Below are positions 1 through 12,470 of a stretch of 64,000 bases of DNA, piece after piece. The DNA comes from Octopus sinensis (Eukaryota). Under the pieces are notes generated by a model, which was given only the letters and a program-made list of their open reading frames with translations, was not told where the DNA came from and ran no database searches. The position numbers were made by a program, and so were the translations under genes. The DNA is taken from assembly GCF_006345805.1 (NCBI RefSeq), contig NC_043006.1, forward strand, positions 22,258,001 to 22,322,000, in the 5' to 3' direction. Position 1 is the first letter of the stretch; every line of letters begins with the position of its first letter.

Positions 1-333
1 AGGGCAAGAAGGCCAGAAGTGTATCTGAATCTGTTCATGACTACATGGGCACCTGAAGCAATTAATGAAAGCACAGTACAATTGAATATGACCTGGCACA
101 ATCTAACAGGTCATATGCATTGGCAAGAGATGGCTAAGCATGTAAGCATGTGGCTTACCTTTCATTGTTCTTGTGCTTGTCAACAGACAAGGGAAAAAGA
201 CGCTTGCTATTTTTTAAATAATGTTTAACTCCTAATCATTCAGATTACTCTGTCAAATGTAATACTTATTTATTTACATTGGTTTGAATTAATTATGCAT
301 TAACTCACACCTTCAATATTTTCAATGATGTAA

Positions 334-528
334 GGCAGCAAGCTGGAAGAATGGTTAGTGGACCAGGCAGAATGCTCAGCGGCATTTCATCCATCTTTAC
401 ATTTTAAGTTCAGATTCTGCCAAAATCAACTTTGCCTTTCAACCTTTCAGGGTTGATAAAATAGATACCAGTCAAGCACTTACCCCTGCTTCCCTGAAAT
501 TGTTGGCCTTGTACCAAAATTTGAAACT
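334..528 (+). mobile_element. Older SINE-A-related tRNA-derived SINE
   Basis: ggcagcaagctgg head, aagttcagattc B-box-like motif, gcctttcaacctttcagggttgataaaa core. Flanked by near-identical aatatt(t)tcaatgatgt (probable TSD). Confidence 0.7.
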
Positions 529-561
529 AATATTTCAATGATGTGATAGTTTATTCTTAGA

Positions 562-908
562 ATGTAGAGGGTTTGTTGGACACAGCGTTGTTATCGCTAG
601 GCCTATCTCATTGTAAAGTCAATACCACCATGACCGATATCCAATCTACAGTGGAGAAGGCTAGCCACTAGATTTGGTTAAAAAGAGACGATGAGCGATG
701 GCTAGAAGTATATTGAGTTCTTCATAACCAGCTGATCTAGCAAGCGGGTCCTCATATCAGTGAGGGAGGCCAGTGCGCATTGATGCCATCGAGAGGTAGG
801 CCCCGAAATGGCGCGCATTCTCTCCTGATGACCCCATACACTTGCTAGCTTCCGATATACGGAGCTTTTAACTGGTAGCACTTGCATGTGCAAGTTGTTT
901 GCAAGACA
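562..908 (-). repeat. Copy 1 of a ~350 bp dispersed element, inverted relative to 1437-1798
   Basis: The reverse complement aligns along its whole length with 1437-1798; the two ORF-track peptides (702-962 and 1452-1646) are homologous. Confidence 0.85.
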
Positions 909-1436
909 ACATTGCAGGGTAGGTGGGAAAGGCTGGATCTGGCTCATTTGAACATAAAACACAAGTAGAACATCTCAGCCAGATATGGCATGTTTAAATG
1001 CTAAAGGGTTAAAAACAGCAATTAACACTTTTCTAAATTATTTCTAACTACTGTTACTGTTCATTTATTTCTTGTTTATTACAAGCTGGCTTTAACATAG
1101 TCATATTAACATTACATAGAAAAAATGCTAATTATGCTACCAAGTTACATAATTAACTGACAATAGCATTGAATTAATTAACTTAAATAAATTTTAAAAG
1201 CAAAATTAGACATTTGATTTCAGGGAGACAAATGATGGTTTGTTTCAGGGAGAAGAAAGCACATTAAGTGAAATAAAGATTATCACTGAATGAGGTTTCT
1301 TTACCCCTTTATTTATAAATTTTATCTAGTTTCCATTTTTTATGTTTACATGGATGGGGTGGTGTTTTGTTGGGGTATTAATAGGTGTTGTCTAGCTCGA
1401 GGTCATCTCCTTATGTAGTATACTCATAATCATAGA

Positions 1437-1798
1437 TGTCTTGCAAACAACTTGCACATGCAAGTGCTACCAGAAAGAAACTCCGCATACCGGAAGCCAG
1501 CAAGTGTATGGGGTCATCAGGAGAGAATGCGCACCGTTTCGGGGCCTACCTCTCGACGGCATCAATGCACACCGACCACACTCACTGATATGAGGCCTTG
1601 CTTGCTAGATCAGCTGGTTATCAAAAAAAGCTCAATATCCTTCTAGCTATCGCTCATCGTCTCTTTTTAACCAAATCCAGTGGCTAGCCTTCTCCACTGT
1701 AGATTGGATGTTGGTCATGGTGGTATTGACTTTACGATGAGTTAGGCCTAGCGATAACAACAGTCGTCTCACACTGTGTCCAATGAACCCTCTACATC
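1437..1798 (+). repeat. Copy 2 of the ~350 bp element
   Basis: gtcttgcaaacaacttgcacatgcaag...ctgtgtccaatgaaccctctacat matches the reverse complement of 562-908. Confidence 0.85.
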
Positions 1799-2144
1799 CA
1801 ACTTCGATTGGAAAATGTTCCGCTTTCCAGCCTGTGTCTTCATATTCCTCGAGGAGGTTTACATAACGAGGAATGTTATTGTAGCCATTAGTGTCTCATT
1901 TTTCTCAAGCATTGAATATTTTAACTCTTTTGCTGATACCCACCTGAAACTGCTCATGGCTCTTTGAAATAGATTCCTTGTTTTATAGTGACCTTAGTTA
2001 AAACCTTCCATCAAAAGTTCATGCTAATTTATGTTACAAGGACCAGAACAATAACTACTAAGTTATTTTACTTAAATTCTTCATCATTTTCAAAACTAAC
2101 TGAAACAAATGCAGTGTGTTTCAACAGAAATATGGTGATAAACT

Positions 2145-2745
2145 TATTTCTTTATTGCCCACAAGGGGCTAAACACAGAGAGGACAAACAAGGGCAGACA
2201 AATGGATTAAGTCGATTATAGCGACCCCAGTGCCTAACTGGTACTTATTTAATCGACCCTGAAAGGATTAAAAGCAATGTCAACCTCGGCGGAATTTGAA
2301 CTCAGAACGCAGCAGAAGGCAAAATACATATTTCTTTACTACCCACAAGGGGCTAAACACAGAGAGGACAAACAAGGGCAGACAAACGGATTAAGTCGAT
2401 TATATTGACCCCAGTGCATAACTGGTACTTATTTAATTGACCCCGAAAGAATGAAAGGCAAAGTCGACCTCAGCGGAATTTGAACTTAGAACGTAGCGGC
2501 AGACGAAGTACCTATTTCTTTACTACCCACAAGTGGCTAAACACAGAGAGGACAAACAAGGGCAGACAAACGAATTAAGTCGATTATATTGACCCCAGTG
2601 CGTAACTGGTACTTATTTAATCGACCCCGAAAGGATGAAAGGCAAAGTCGACCTTGGCGGAATTTGAACTCAGAACGTAACCGCAGACGAAATACTGCCA
2701 AGCATTTCTCCCGGCGTGCTAACGTTTATGCCAGCTTGCCACCTT
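2145..2745 (-). mobile_element. SINE-A trimer (one tRNA-like head plus three ~180 bp bodies)
   Basis: Head ggtggcaagctggcataaacgttagc; B-box gagttcaaattcc in each unit; internal junctions aaagaaataggtacttcg and aaagaaatatgtattttg. Confidence 0.9.
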
Positions 2746-3199
2746 CTTAATTTATTCCAGGTGTAAGGATGAAATTTGAGAGAGATTTGACTGCCTTATT
2801 TAGCAGGCTTAGTGATAGTCTTTCTTGGTAACTCATTGCTAGGGCAGTTGTTTTTTTTTAAACTGGCTGCCATTTCTACTGTTAACCACTCAACCAATAT
2901 GTAGATGTAACACCTGCTTTTATCAGTCAAACTAACAGAACCAAGTATAGCCTAGTATCATGTATCATGCTTTTATTAACTGTTTTAGGTGTCAATGTGG
3001 TAATGGAGCAGACACAGAGACCCTCTTGGATCCCTACTTCATTTTTAAACCCATTAAAAGATCCAGGATAGAGTGTTGCACCAGGACTTAGTTGGAACTA
3101 TTAGGTTGTTTGGAAAATATAGTCTAATTAAAAATATTTTTTTTTTAATTTGTAGTGTTTTAGATGAAATTTTACATACTTAATAATTGATGCGTACAC

Positions 3200-3419
3200 T
3201 CTCTCTTTTACTCTTTTACTTGTTTCATTCATTTTGACTGCGGTCATGCTGGAGCACCACTTTTAGTTGAGCAAATCGACCCTGGGACTTATTCTTTGTA
3301 AGCCCAGTACTTATTCTATCGGTCTCTTTTGCTGAACCGCTAAGTGACAGGGACGTAAACACACCAGCATCGGTTGTCAAGCAATGCTAGGAGGACAAAC
3401 ACAGACACACAAACACACA

Positions 3420-3459
<40 letters not shown>

Positions 3460-3628
3460 CATATATACAACAGGCTTCTTTCAGTTTCCATTTACCAAAT
3501 CCACTCTCAAGGCATTGGTCGGCCCAGGGCTATAGCAGAAAACAGTTGCCCAAGATGCCACGCAGTGGGATTGAAACCGGAACCATGTGGTTGGTTAGCA
3601 AGCTACCTACCACACAGCCACTCCTGCA
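3200..3628 (-). mobile_element. SINE-B (tRNA-like head, CORE-like ttgggcaagtgtctt, internal (TA)n, LINE-derived tail)
   Basis: Matches the family consensus seen about 20 times in the window; (AAAAGAGT)n-type tail. Confidence 0.9.
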
Positions 3629-3659
3629 CAAATTTTTATTGATTTCTTTCACAATATAA

Positions 3660-4320
3660 TTTCGAAGCATAGAAATCCTTAATTTCAAACATGAATTAAG
3701 AAGAAATGCATTTACTTTTTTTTGCATGGATTCAAACTTAGAGAAAATTCTTCCCAAACACCCGCCAATATCATGAGGTGAAATGTCCACTAGTGATCAG
3801 ACGGTATGAAGGTGGTTTGAGAGATTCCAAAGTATGGATGAGAGCCTTGAAGGTCAAAAAGGTAAGGGACATCCATCTATCTTGATAATCAGCATTTGAA
3901 AACAGCAGTCGAACAAAACGCAACATTCAAAGTGTCAGAGAAATGTCTCATAAGTTTGGTGTCAGAGTTTACTTGATCAAAACGAGACCTGCACTTGTTA
4001 ATTGATGGGGTCCAATTCTGCTCCACGACAATACACAACCACACATTTCCAGGCTGACACTGCAGAAGCTCACAGACTTGGGATACAAGACTTTAGCACA
4101 TCCTCCATATTCTCCTGATCTTTCACCTGCCAACTACCACTTTTTCAAGCATCTAGAAACTTATTTAAGGTAAAAATACTTTCTGTTCCAAAACCAAGAC
4201 CAAAACTGAATTTAAGGATTTCTTGGCATCAAGACCTTTGGATTTTTATTGAAGAGGCACAAATGATCTTGTTAATCAATGGGAGAAATGCATAGCTGTT
4301 CAGGGATCATATTTTGAATA
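3660..4320 (+). mobile_element. Internally deleted mariner (Hsmar1/cecropia-like) transposase remnant
   Basis: Translation gives LLHDNTQPHISRLTLQKLTDLGYKTLAHPPYSPDLSPANYHFFKHL, plus a frameshifted N-terminal HTH region. Confidence 0.8.
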
Positions 4321-4325
4321 ATTAT

Positions 4326-4535
4326 ACTCTCTCTTTCTTTCTTTTACTTGTTTCAGTCATTTGACTGCAGCCATGCTGGAGCACCGCCTTTAGTCGAGCA
4401 ACTCGACCCCGGGACTTATTCTTTTGTAAGCCCAGTACTTATTCTATTGGTCTCTTTTGCCAAACCGCTAAGTAACGGGGACATAAGCACACCAGCATCG
4501 GTTGTCAAGCAATGCTAGGGGGACAAACACACACA

Positions 4536-4573
<38 letters not shown>

Positions 4574-4739
4574 TACGACAGGCTTCTTTCAGTTTCCGTC
4601 TACCAAATCCACTCACAAGGCTTTGGTCGGCCCGAGGCTATAGTAAAAGACACTTGCCCAAGGTGCCACGCAGTCGGACTGAACCCAGAACCATGTGGTT
4701 GGTAAACAAGCTATTTACCACACAGCCACTCCTGCGCCT
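4326..4739 (-). mobile_element. SINE-B full copy
   Basis: Family consensus from head (gcgcaggagtggctgtgtgg on the minus strand) to tail. Confidence 0.9.
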
Positions 4740-5054
4740 ATGTATACCTTTGTATAAGTTCAGTTTTTCAAGAATATAGACATATTTTTTAATCAGCCAT
4801 TATTTTCTGAACAAACAAATAATTCTGGCTAAACTGAAACAATATGACATGAAATGCCTTGTTCAAGGATAGAATGTGCTGCCTTTTCATGATGGAACCT
4901 ATGACTTTATGATCATGAACCAAACCCTCTAACCACTGGACTATGCGCCTTCAAACCAGAACCAAAGAGAGTATATGGATTATTGGTTGAGAGGCACAAT
5001 AGAATGGCTTACACAGGGCAAAGTTGATTAACTATTAACCTGTCAATGTTGGTA

Positions 5055-5470
5055 TTTAGTCCCAGGTCAAACTTGGCTCAGCAAACTTATAGTCAAAGTC
5101 ATTTCATCTATAACTGACCATCTTTCTTCTTGTCATAGTGCACCCTGGAATACATTATCCAATGTACTCTTTATTCTCTAAGAGAATAGGATGTGATTTG
5201 AGGGAGATTTGGTTGTTATTTCTTTCAAGTCAAGACTCCACTTAGTAGCTCAGTAATTGACTCATTGTTGCAGTTGTTGTTTAGTCACATGTCAGCCCTG
5301 ATCAAACAGATCTATAATCAAAGAATTCCAACTATGACCATCCCACCTTTTCCTGTATATACAATAGAACCTAGAAAACCAATTCATCTAATGTGCTCTT
5401 TTCTAAGATAGTGGAATTTCATTCAAGAGATTTAGCTGTTATTTCTAGCAGACTGACTGACCAAAAATGG
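5055..5470 (+). repeat. Two diverged adjacent copies of an old dispersed repeat
   Basis: gtttagtc...tgaccatc...gagatttRgYtgttatttct occurs at ~5055-5245 and ~5278-5470. Related fragments lie near 2770, 29820, 31100 and 55550. Confidence 0.55.
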
Positions 5471-5952
5471 CCTGTCACGTTGGCTCAAATGACACATTGT
5501 GTCTCATACATGGAACCATTGATGACTCAACATTCAAAGTAGATTTCAGTTCACAGTGACAGAACATCAATGAAAGAAAAAAACACATATGAAATTGTTT
5601 AACAGTCCTTCAGTGGTGGTGGTGGCAGTAGTGGTGTTGGTGTTGGTGGTTGTGTTGGTGGTGGCGTTGTGTTTCTAGTGGATGATAGTAGCAGTGATGA
5701 TTGGTAACATGATAGTAGTAGTAGTAGAGAAGATGGTATCAGTGCTGGTAGTGATGGTGGTGATGGTGGTGGTGGTGGTGGTGGTGGTGGTGTAAGACTG
5801 TAGTGTTGACTGATTGTGGCAGCAGTGATTGTAGTAATGGTGGTGGTGATGGTTTTAAGATTGGTGACAATGGTGATGTCATAAAATAATGATTGCAGGA
5901 GGGGTGGGGGCAGGAGTGATGGTGATGATGGTGAGGATGATGGTGTAGCAGT

Positions 5953-6182
5953 GATGAGCTGGCAGAAACGTTAGCACGTCGGGCGAAATGCCGGGTGGTA
6001 TTTCGTCTGCCGTTACGTTATGAGTTCAATTTTCGCCGAGGTCGACTTTGCCTTTCATCCTTTCGGGGCCGATTAATTAAGTACCAGTTACGCACTGGGG
6101 TCGATATAATCGACTTAATCCGGCTGTCTGTCCTTGTTTGTCCCCTCTGTGTTTAGCTTCTTGTGGGTAGTAAAGGAATAAG
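5953..6182 (+). mobile_element. SINE-A monomer
   Basis: gagctggcagaaacgttagc...gtagtaaaggaata; agtgatg on both sides (possible 7-bp TSD). Confidence 0.9.
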
Positions 6183-8930
6183 TGATGGTGATGGCAGTGG
6201 TGGTGGTATTGGCATGGTGATGGTGCTGATGGTGATGGTGATGATGGTAGTGTCACAGAATAGTGGTGATAGTGATGGTCATGGTGGCAGTGGTGGTGGT
6301 GGTGGTGGTGGCAGTGGTGGTGGTGGCAGTGGTGGTGGTGGTGGTGGTGGTGGTAGTGGCAGTGGTGGTGGTGGCAGTGGTGGTGGTGGCAGTGGTGGTG
6401 GTGGTGGTGGTAATGGCAGAGGTATGGTGCTGATGGTGATGGTGATGATGGTAGTGTCACAGAATAGTGGTGATAGTGATGGTCATGGTGGTGATGGCAG
6501 TGGTGGTGGTAATGGCAGAGTGATGGTGCTGATGGTGATGGTGATGATTGTAGAGTCACAGAATAGTGGTGATAGTGATGGTCATGGTGGTGGTGGTGGT
6601 GGTGGTGTTGGTGGTGGTGGTGGTGGTGGTGGTGGTGGTGGTAATGGCAGAGTGATGGTGATGATTGTAGAGTCACAGAATAGTGGTGATAGTGATGGTC
6701 ATGGTGGTGGTGGTGGTGGTGGTGGTAGTGATGGTGGTGGTAATGGCAGAGTGATGTTGCTGATGGTGATGGTGATGATTGTAGTGTCACAGAATAGTGG
6801 TGATAGTGATGGTCATGGTGTTGGTGGTGGTGGTGGTGGTAATGGCAGAGTGATGTTGCTGATGGTGATGGTGATGATTGTAGTGTCACAGAATAGTGGT
6901 GATAGTGATGGTCATGGTGGTGGTGGTGGTGGTAGTGGTAATGGCAGAGTGATGGTGCTGATGGTGATGGTGATGATGGTAGTGTCACAGAATAGTGGTG
7001 ATAGTGATGGTCATGGTGGTGGTGGTGGTGGGTGGTGGTGGTGTGGTGGTGGTGGTGGTGGTGGTGGTGGTAATGGCAGAGTGATGGTGCTGATGGTGAT
7101 GGTGATGATTGTAGAGTCACAGAATAGTGGTGATAGTGATGGTCATGGTGGTGGTGGTGTTGGTGGTGTTGGTGGTAGTGGTGGTGGTGGTGGTGGTGGT
7201 AATGGCAGAGTGATGGTGCTGATGGTGATGGTGATGATGGTAGAGTCACAGAATAGTGGTGATAGTGATGGTCATGGTGGTGGTGGTGTTGGTGGTGTTG
7301 GTGGTGGTGGTGGTGGTGGTGGTGGTGGTAATGGCAGAGGTATGGTGCTGATGGTGATGGTGATGATGGTAGAGTCACAGAATAGTGGTGATAGTGATGG
7401 TCATGGTGGCAGTGGTGGTGGTGGTGGTGGTGGTGGTGGTGGTGGTGGCAGTGGTGGTGGTGGTGGTGGTGGTGGTAGTGGCAGTGGTGGTGGTGGCGGT
7501 GGTGGTGGTGGGGCAGTGGTGGTGGTGGTGGTGGTGGTAATGGCAGAGGTATGGTGCTGATGGTGATGGTGATGATGGTAGTGTCACAGAATAGTGGTGA
7601 TAGTGATGGTCATGGTGGTGGTGGTGGTGGTGGTGGTGGTGGTGGTGGTGGTGGTGGCAGTGGCAGTGGTGGTGGTGGTGGTGGTGGTGGTAGTGGCAGT
7701 GGTGGTGGTGGTGGCAGTGGTGGTGGTGGCAGTGGTGGTGGTGGTGGTGGTAATGGCAGAGGTATGGTGCTGATGGTGATGGTGATGATGGTAGTCACAG
7801 AATAGTGGTGATAGTGATGGTCATGGTGGTGGTGGTGGTGGTGGTGGTGGTGGTGGTGGTGGTGGTGGTGGTGGTGGTGGTAATGGCAGAGTGATGGTGC
7901 TGATGGTGATGGTGATGATTGTAGAGTCACAGAATAGCGGTGATAGTGATGGTCATGGTGGCGGTGGTGGTGGTGGTGTTGGTGGTGGTGGTGGTGGTGG
8001 TGGTGGTGGTGGTAATGGCAGAGTGATGGTGCTGATGGTGATGGTGATGATTGTAGAGTCACAGAATAGTGGTGATAGTGATGGTCATGGTGGTGGTGGT
8101 GGTGGTGGTGTTGGTGGTGGTGGTGGTGGTGGTGGTGGTGGTAATGGCAGAGTGATGGTGCTGATGGTGATGGTGATGATTGTAGAGTCACAGAATAGTG
8201 GTGATAGTGATGGTCATGGTGGTGGTGGTGGTGGTGGTGTTGGTGGTGGTGGTGGTGGTGGTGGTGGTGGTGGTAATGGTAGAGTGATGGTGCTGATGGT
8301 GATGGTGATGATTGTAGAGTCACAGAATAGTGGTGATAGTGATGGTCATGGTGGTGGTGGTGGTGGTGTTGGTGGTGGTGGTGGTGGTGGTGGTGGTGGT
8401 AATGGCAGAGTGATGGTGCTGATGGTGATGGTGATGATGGTAGTGTCACAGAATAGTGGTGATAGTGATGGTCATGGTGGTGGTGGTGGTGGTGGTGTTG
8501 GTGGTGGTGGTGGTGGTGGTGGTGGTGGTAATGGCAGAGTGATGGTGCTGATGGTGATGGTGATGATTGTAGAGTCACAAGAATAGTGGTGATAGTGATG
8601 GTCATGGTGGTGTTGGTGGTGGTGGTGTTGGGGTGGTGGTGGTGGTGGTGGTGGTGGTGGTAATGGCAGAGTGATGTTGCTGATGGTGATGGTGATGATT
8701 GTAGTGTCACAGAATAGTGGTGATAGTGATGGTCATGGTGGTGGTGGTGGTGGTAGTGGTAATGGCAGAGTGATGGTGCTGATGGTGATGGTGATGGTGA
8801 TGATGGTAGTGTCACAGAATAGTAGTGATAGAGATGGTCATGGTGGTGGTGGTGGTGGTCACGGCGGCGGTGGTGGTGGCAGTGGTGGTGGTGATGGCAA
8901 TGACAGTGATAACAGTAGTAGTGGCACAGT
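6183..8930. repeat. GGT-based minisatellite, 20 units of ~100-200 bp
   Basis: Unit: aatggcagagtgatggtgctgatggtgatggtgatgattgtagagtcacagaatagtggtgatagtgatggtcat(ggt)n. The gtcacagaatag anchor was counted 20 times. Confidence 0.95.
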
Positions 8931-9944
8931 TAAACCATAAAAAAAGGTAAAAAAAAAAAAAAAAACTCATCAGAGACACAGTGAAATGTCTGCAACATGT
9001 TTGATCTCAAAACTAATGAGCTGTTAGTTCTTCTAATTCTTCATTTTAACCATTTTGTCTTTAAGCTTTCTCTGTCCTCTCTTTTCTTGTGCCATGTCCA
9101 CAGGCATTGGTCACCATGGATCTTCGTGTCAAAGTCTGAAGATGCATATGATTTTTTTGGTGAACCATGCATTACCATCTTCTTGCTGGTTTATTTACAG
9201 TTTATCCTGCTAGTCTCCTGCTCTCCCAAGCTTATCCTTCAGGCACAGAACCAATTTAACTTTTAGACAGAGAAAGTAGTTCTTGAAACACCATAGCATG
9301 TCCACACAACAGTGGATCTGTATGACACATGTCCAAGGGCCCAGCTCTTCTCTGAGTCTTGTATATTTTATCCACAAGACTATGCTCTGTTACTCGATAT
9401 GTAACTGAGGCTCTTGCAAGTACAGCCACTCCAGGTCAAAGTGGACCTGGATGTAATGTTGTATAAGGTCTAATTCCATATTTCTCAGAACTCGTGAAAC
9501 GGGTCAGTGCTGTTGTTGCTGTTGTTGTTGTTGTTGTTAAGCAACAAGATGGGAAAGGGTGATTAGGTGATGGTCTAGGGCTTAGGGGCAGGAGACCCCA
9601 GACCTTGGGAACAAAAAAAACTTTGGTCGTCTTGTAGTCGAGGGCTCTTCGTTGACGCCCAACACCACTGGGAGGTGGCCCTTGAAGTCGGTGAAAATGG
9701 AGATCTCCAGGTCCAAATTCTTGAATGGCAGTTCCAGTGCTAGGACTTGCAGGGTCCAATTAGAGAATTGTCAGTAGGGCCTTCTACTCTACAAGGAAAA
9801 AAATGAAAATTTATGTTTTATGCTTTGTGCAGTACACCAGTCCCAGCCGAAGAAGGGTTGAGTGCTTAAGGCCTCGTGCCTAGAGTAGAAAAGAATAATA
9901 GAGACAACAGGACAACATTTACAACAACAACACAAACAACAGTA

Positions 9945-10020
9945 GCATCATCATCATCATCGCTGGTGTCCTCATCGTCGTCATCATCATCATCAACATC
10001 GTCATCATCATCATCAAAAT

Positions 10021-10062
<42 letters not shown>

Positions 10063-10171
10063 GTCGTCGTTGTCATCGTCATCATCATCATCATCATCAA
10101 AATCATCATCATCATCATCGTCATCATCATCATCGACGTCGTCATCATCATCATCATCATCATCATCATCG

Positions 10172-10214
<43 letters not shown>

Positions 10215-10258
10215 CATCATTGTCGTCATCATCATCATCATCATCATCGTCGTCGTCG

Positions 10259-10296
<38 letters not shown>

Positions 10297-10306
10297 GTCG
10301 TCGTCG

Positions 10307-10347
<41 letters not shown>

Positions 10348-10580
10348 GTCATCGTCATCATCATCGTCAAAATCATCATCATCGTCAAAATCATCATCAT
10401 CATCATCGTCGTCGTCATCATCGATAACAACAGTTTTTACAACAGTAATACCAGCAGCAATAGCAATAACAACTGCAACTGCTTGACAGCATTAACAACA
10501 ACAACAACAGAAACAACAGCAGCAGCAACAACAACAACAGCAACAACAACAACAGCAGCAGCAGCAGCAGCAGCAACAAT
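9945..10580. repeat. (CAT/CGT)n then (CAA/CAG)n microsatellites
   Basis: Read directly from sequence. Confidence 0.95.
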
Positions 10581-10729
10581 AACAATCAGTTATCTGAGAT
10601 TATAGCTTAAGTTGACATTTTCTTTCTGGATCAGAAAATGTTAGAATTCAGAAGATTAGCCTTCAACCATTTCCTGTATATGCTTACCCTATCACAATCG
10701 TCATCACTGATGCCGACCAACCATGCCAC

Positions 10730-11226
10730 TACCAGTAAAACCACCAGCACAACCAGCACCACCACCACCACCTCCACTACCATCCCTCAAACAAACACCA
10801 TCATTCCTACATCCACCACCCCTCCAAACACCACCACCACCACCACCACCACCACCACAACCACCACCACCTCCACTACCATTCCTCAAACAAACACCAT
10901 CATTCCTACCTCCACCATCCCTCCAAACACCACCACCACCACCACCACCACCACGGCTATCACCATGCCATCGCAATAGGGGTACTGTCATCACTTCTAT
11001 CAACATCACCACCACTATCACCATCACCATCACCACCACCACCAACACCACCACCATCATCACCATCACAACCACCACCACCAACACCAACACCACAACT
11101 ACCACCACCACCACCAAGATAGTCATGGCAGGAATGTCCAATCATCATTGATCTTGGGTTAGAGAACAAGAATAGAACTTCTTTAACTACCAATATAATA
11201 TCGCCATTACTATTCCACTACCAGCA

Positions 11227-11274
<48 letters not shown>

Positions 11275-11290
11275 ACTACTAGTAACAACA
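10730..11290. repeat. (CAC)n-rich low complexity with a ~99 bp tandem duplication, then (CTA)n
   Basis: ctccactaccatYcctcaaacaaacaccatcattcctac at ~10772 and ~10871. Confidence 0.85.
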
Positions 11291-11381
11291 CCCCTACATC
11301 ATCACTACCATACAAAATACAGCATTCTCCCTCTGTACTACTGCCTTTATATGTACACACACACACACACATATATCTATA

Positions 11382-12470
11382 CAGGGGTTGGATAAAATAA
11401 TGGAACACCTTAAAATTTCAAACAAATTTACTTTAATATGGGGTAGTACCACCTTTGGCAGTAATTACAGTTTGAATTGTATTAGAGATGGACTTGTACA
11501 AATTTTGAATTGCTTCCAAAGGAATTTTTGTCCGTTCTTCAGCTAAAACAGTCTCCAGTTTTTGTAGTGATGATGGGAAGGATATTGACTCCTTACTTGT
11601 TTTTGTAAAATGCGCCATAAATGTTCAATAATATTGAGATCTGGGGACTGTGGTGGCCAGATAAGATTTTCAACTTCACTAGAATGTTCCTTATGCCATT
11701 TAGTAACAACTTTGCATTTCCCTCTGGAAATAGTTCCACAACCAAATGATGAATTTGATCAGATAAAATGCTTAAATAGTCTTGACTATTAATTCTGCCA
11801 TGAAGGGAAACCATTAGGCCAGCAGATTTCCAAAATATAGCACCCCAGATCATCACAGGTACGACTACCCCATATCGTCTCTACTTCTCTCTAAATGCTT
11901 TGCAACATTTGTTTTTGAAAGTAGTGGTTTTCTAATTGTAAAACTCCTGTGAAATCCGGCTTTGTGCAACTCCTGGCAAACAGTTTTTGTGGAGATTGGG
12001 TTCTCGAGGTGGTCATTAAGCTCTGAAGTACTTTTGGGAGCTGTACTTTTGAGATCCTTTCTAATAATTTGCATAAGAGTCTGACAGTCCCTATCTGAAT
12101 ATTTTGGTTTTCTTCCGAAGTTTTGTTTCAATGAGGAGGTTTTTCCCTCTTTCTCAGAGGCTGTCATTACTTTCGAGACAGTACTTCTTGATACACCAAA
12201 CATTGCAGCTGTTATCATTATGCTAGCGCCTTCCATATGAACACCAACAATTTGACCTCTTTGGAAATCTGGTAGATCTGTCATTTTAATGAATTTTAAT
12301 TACCTTTTTCTGATGATATCTGAAATGAAGCAGGAATTTTAGTAAAACATTAAGCAACACTAATAATAGATTTAAAAAAAATCAAAATTAACAAGCTTTT
12401 GATAGTTTTATAGATATTTCAAAATTATGATGCTATGACGCTAGGTGTTTCCATTATTTTGTCCAACCCT

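Noticed and set aside
800-840. cgaaa...ctgatga in the 350 bp element as a type-II hammerhead
   Set aside because: The would-be stem II strands are both cccc and cannot pair; no valid stem III or UH site.
3384-3659. Recurrent MLGGQTQTHKH / MSSNARGTNT peptides as a gene family
   Set aside because: These are antisense translations of SINE-B copies.
8985-9050. SECIS element for the TGA at 9773
   Set aside because: An AUGA..AA..GA pattern exists on the minus strand but the helix II strands do not pair.
9876-11193. Poly-His/Ser/Thr/Met ORFs as genes (likewise 15668-16985, 37976-38556, 48708-49096, 56457-57039, 63122-63740)
   Set aside because: They arise from stop-free microsatellite frames on both strands, with no splice or compositional support.
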